Shown one piece after another: positions 61,506-61,819 of a DNA stretch of 61,819 bases. The stretch lies in NCBI GenBank assembly GCA_038251965.1, contig JBBSAV010000004.1, forward strand, positions 1 to 61,819. The letters are read 5' to 3'. Below the pieces are notes generated by a model, which saw nothing but the letters and a program-made list of their open reading frames with translations, ran no database searches and had not been told where the DNA came from. Numbering within the stretch: the stretch's first letter is position 1; each line of letters opens with the position of its first letter. Source of the DNA: Candidatus Limnocylindrales bacterium (lineage in GTDB: Bacteria; Chloroflexota; Limnocylindria; Limnocylindrales; CSP1-4). The position numbers and the translations under genes are program-made.

Positions 61506-61608
61506 GGAAGCTGCCGGATCGATGGCGTACGGGTTACGTTGTCCCGTCACGCGGGAATGCTCGGCCATCTCGACGGTGCGTCGGCCCTCTGAGCGGTCGT
61601 GTCTGTCG

Positions 61609-61819
61609 TTAGTGGACGAGGTCCTCGAAGTTGCGGTGGCAGAAATGGCCGGTGCGCTCCAGCACACGGCCGCAGAAGGGGCACACCGGTTTGCCGCCGG
61701 CGACGACGCTGTTGGCGCGACGAGCGAATTGCTGCGCCATGAAGGGCGTCAGTCGCACACGCAGGACATCAGGCCCGATGGGGGCGTCGTCGAGGATATC
61801 GTCCTCGTCGGGCTCTTCC
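61609..61819 (-). CDS. DUF3090 domain-containing protein, C-terminal part (5' end outside window)
   Basis: The minus-strand frame is open to the window edge. It reads ..LRVRLTPFMAQQFARRANSVVAGGKPVCPFCGRVLERTGHFCHRNFEDLVH-stop, which has the CPxCG..GHxC pattern of DUF3090. It is absent from the ORF track because it is partial. Confidence 0.6.
   Translation of the reverse strand, partial: EEPDEDDILDDAPIGPDVLRVRLTPFMAQQFARRANSVVAGGKPVCPFCGRVLERTGHFCHRNFEDLVH

Overview
This is a 61.8-kb, gene-dense, high-GC chromosomal segment. My hand counts of 100-nt samples range from about 61% to 76% GC. The gene content (cofC/cofD/cofE, PpgK, DUF3090, several ECF sigma factors) is most consistent with an F420-producing actinobacterium-like organism, but that is an inference. 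I support about 60 protein-coding genes, one decayed pseudogene (hppA), one intact IS element and many short tandem or inverted repeats. I found no rRNA, tRNA or CRISPR array.

Core content, in order:
- SDR plus ManD-type dehydratase, Dps, DUF72, a DMT transporter, PncA and citrate synthase.
- A block of two GT2 glycosyltransferases followed by DUF1800 and DUF1501.
- A fused EtfB-EtfA gene with an ETF-QO-like oxidoreductase.
- OsmC, an ABC exporter, a sulfotransferase and TrxB.
- An F420 cluster: two LLM oxidoreductases, cofE, cofC, cofD and a PPOX gene.
- DeoD, an IMPase, a 5'-3' exonuclease, PpgK and AceE.
- A proline-racemase-family gene, DUF4432, an orphan sugar-binding protein, MsrB and CrcB plus DUF190.
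- An alpha/beta hydrolase, a PLP decarboxylase, a Fur-family regulator with a zincin, cbiM-PDGLE-cbiQ-cbiO, and two PQQ-type sugar dehydrogenase paralogs.

Accessory or unusual content:
- An AbiEii toxin fragment at the left edge.
- A lower-GC single-gene island encoding an AlbA_2/Schlafen-like, HATPase_c_4 and wHTH protein.
- An IS1182/IS5-like element with terminal inverted repeats and a 5-bp CTGAG duplication.
- An AbrB-type antitoxin with a RelE/ParE-like toxin and tandem operator-like repeats.
- Two ECF sigma modules with atypical partners. One partner is fused to a sugar-dehydrogenase beta-propeller. The other is an MGMT core with a C-terminal Ada-type Cys4 zinc module.
- A recurrent pattern of 19-24 bp tandem duplications that straddle or abut stop codons.
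- An ~800-bp repeat-rich region between the Fur-family gene and cbiM.
- A ~106-nt element closed by a perfect 15-bp inverted repeat.

The candidate I rank highest for novelty is the ECF sigma / MGMT-Ada-zinc pair, which could be an alkylation-sensing sigma/anti-sigma switch. All family assignments come from motif recognition by eye and need HMM or BLAST confirmation.
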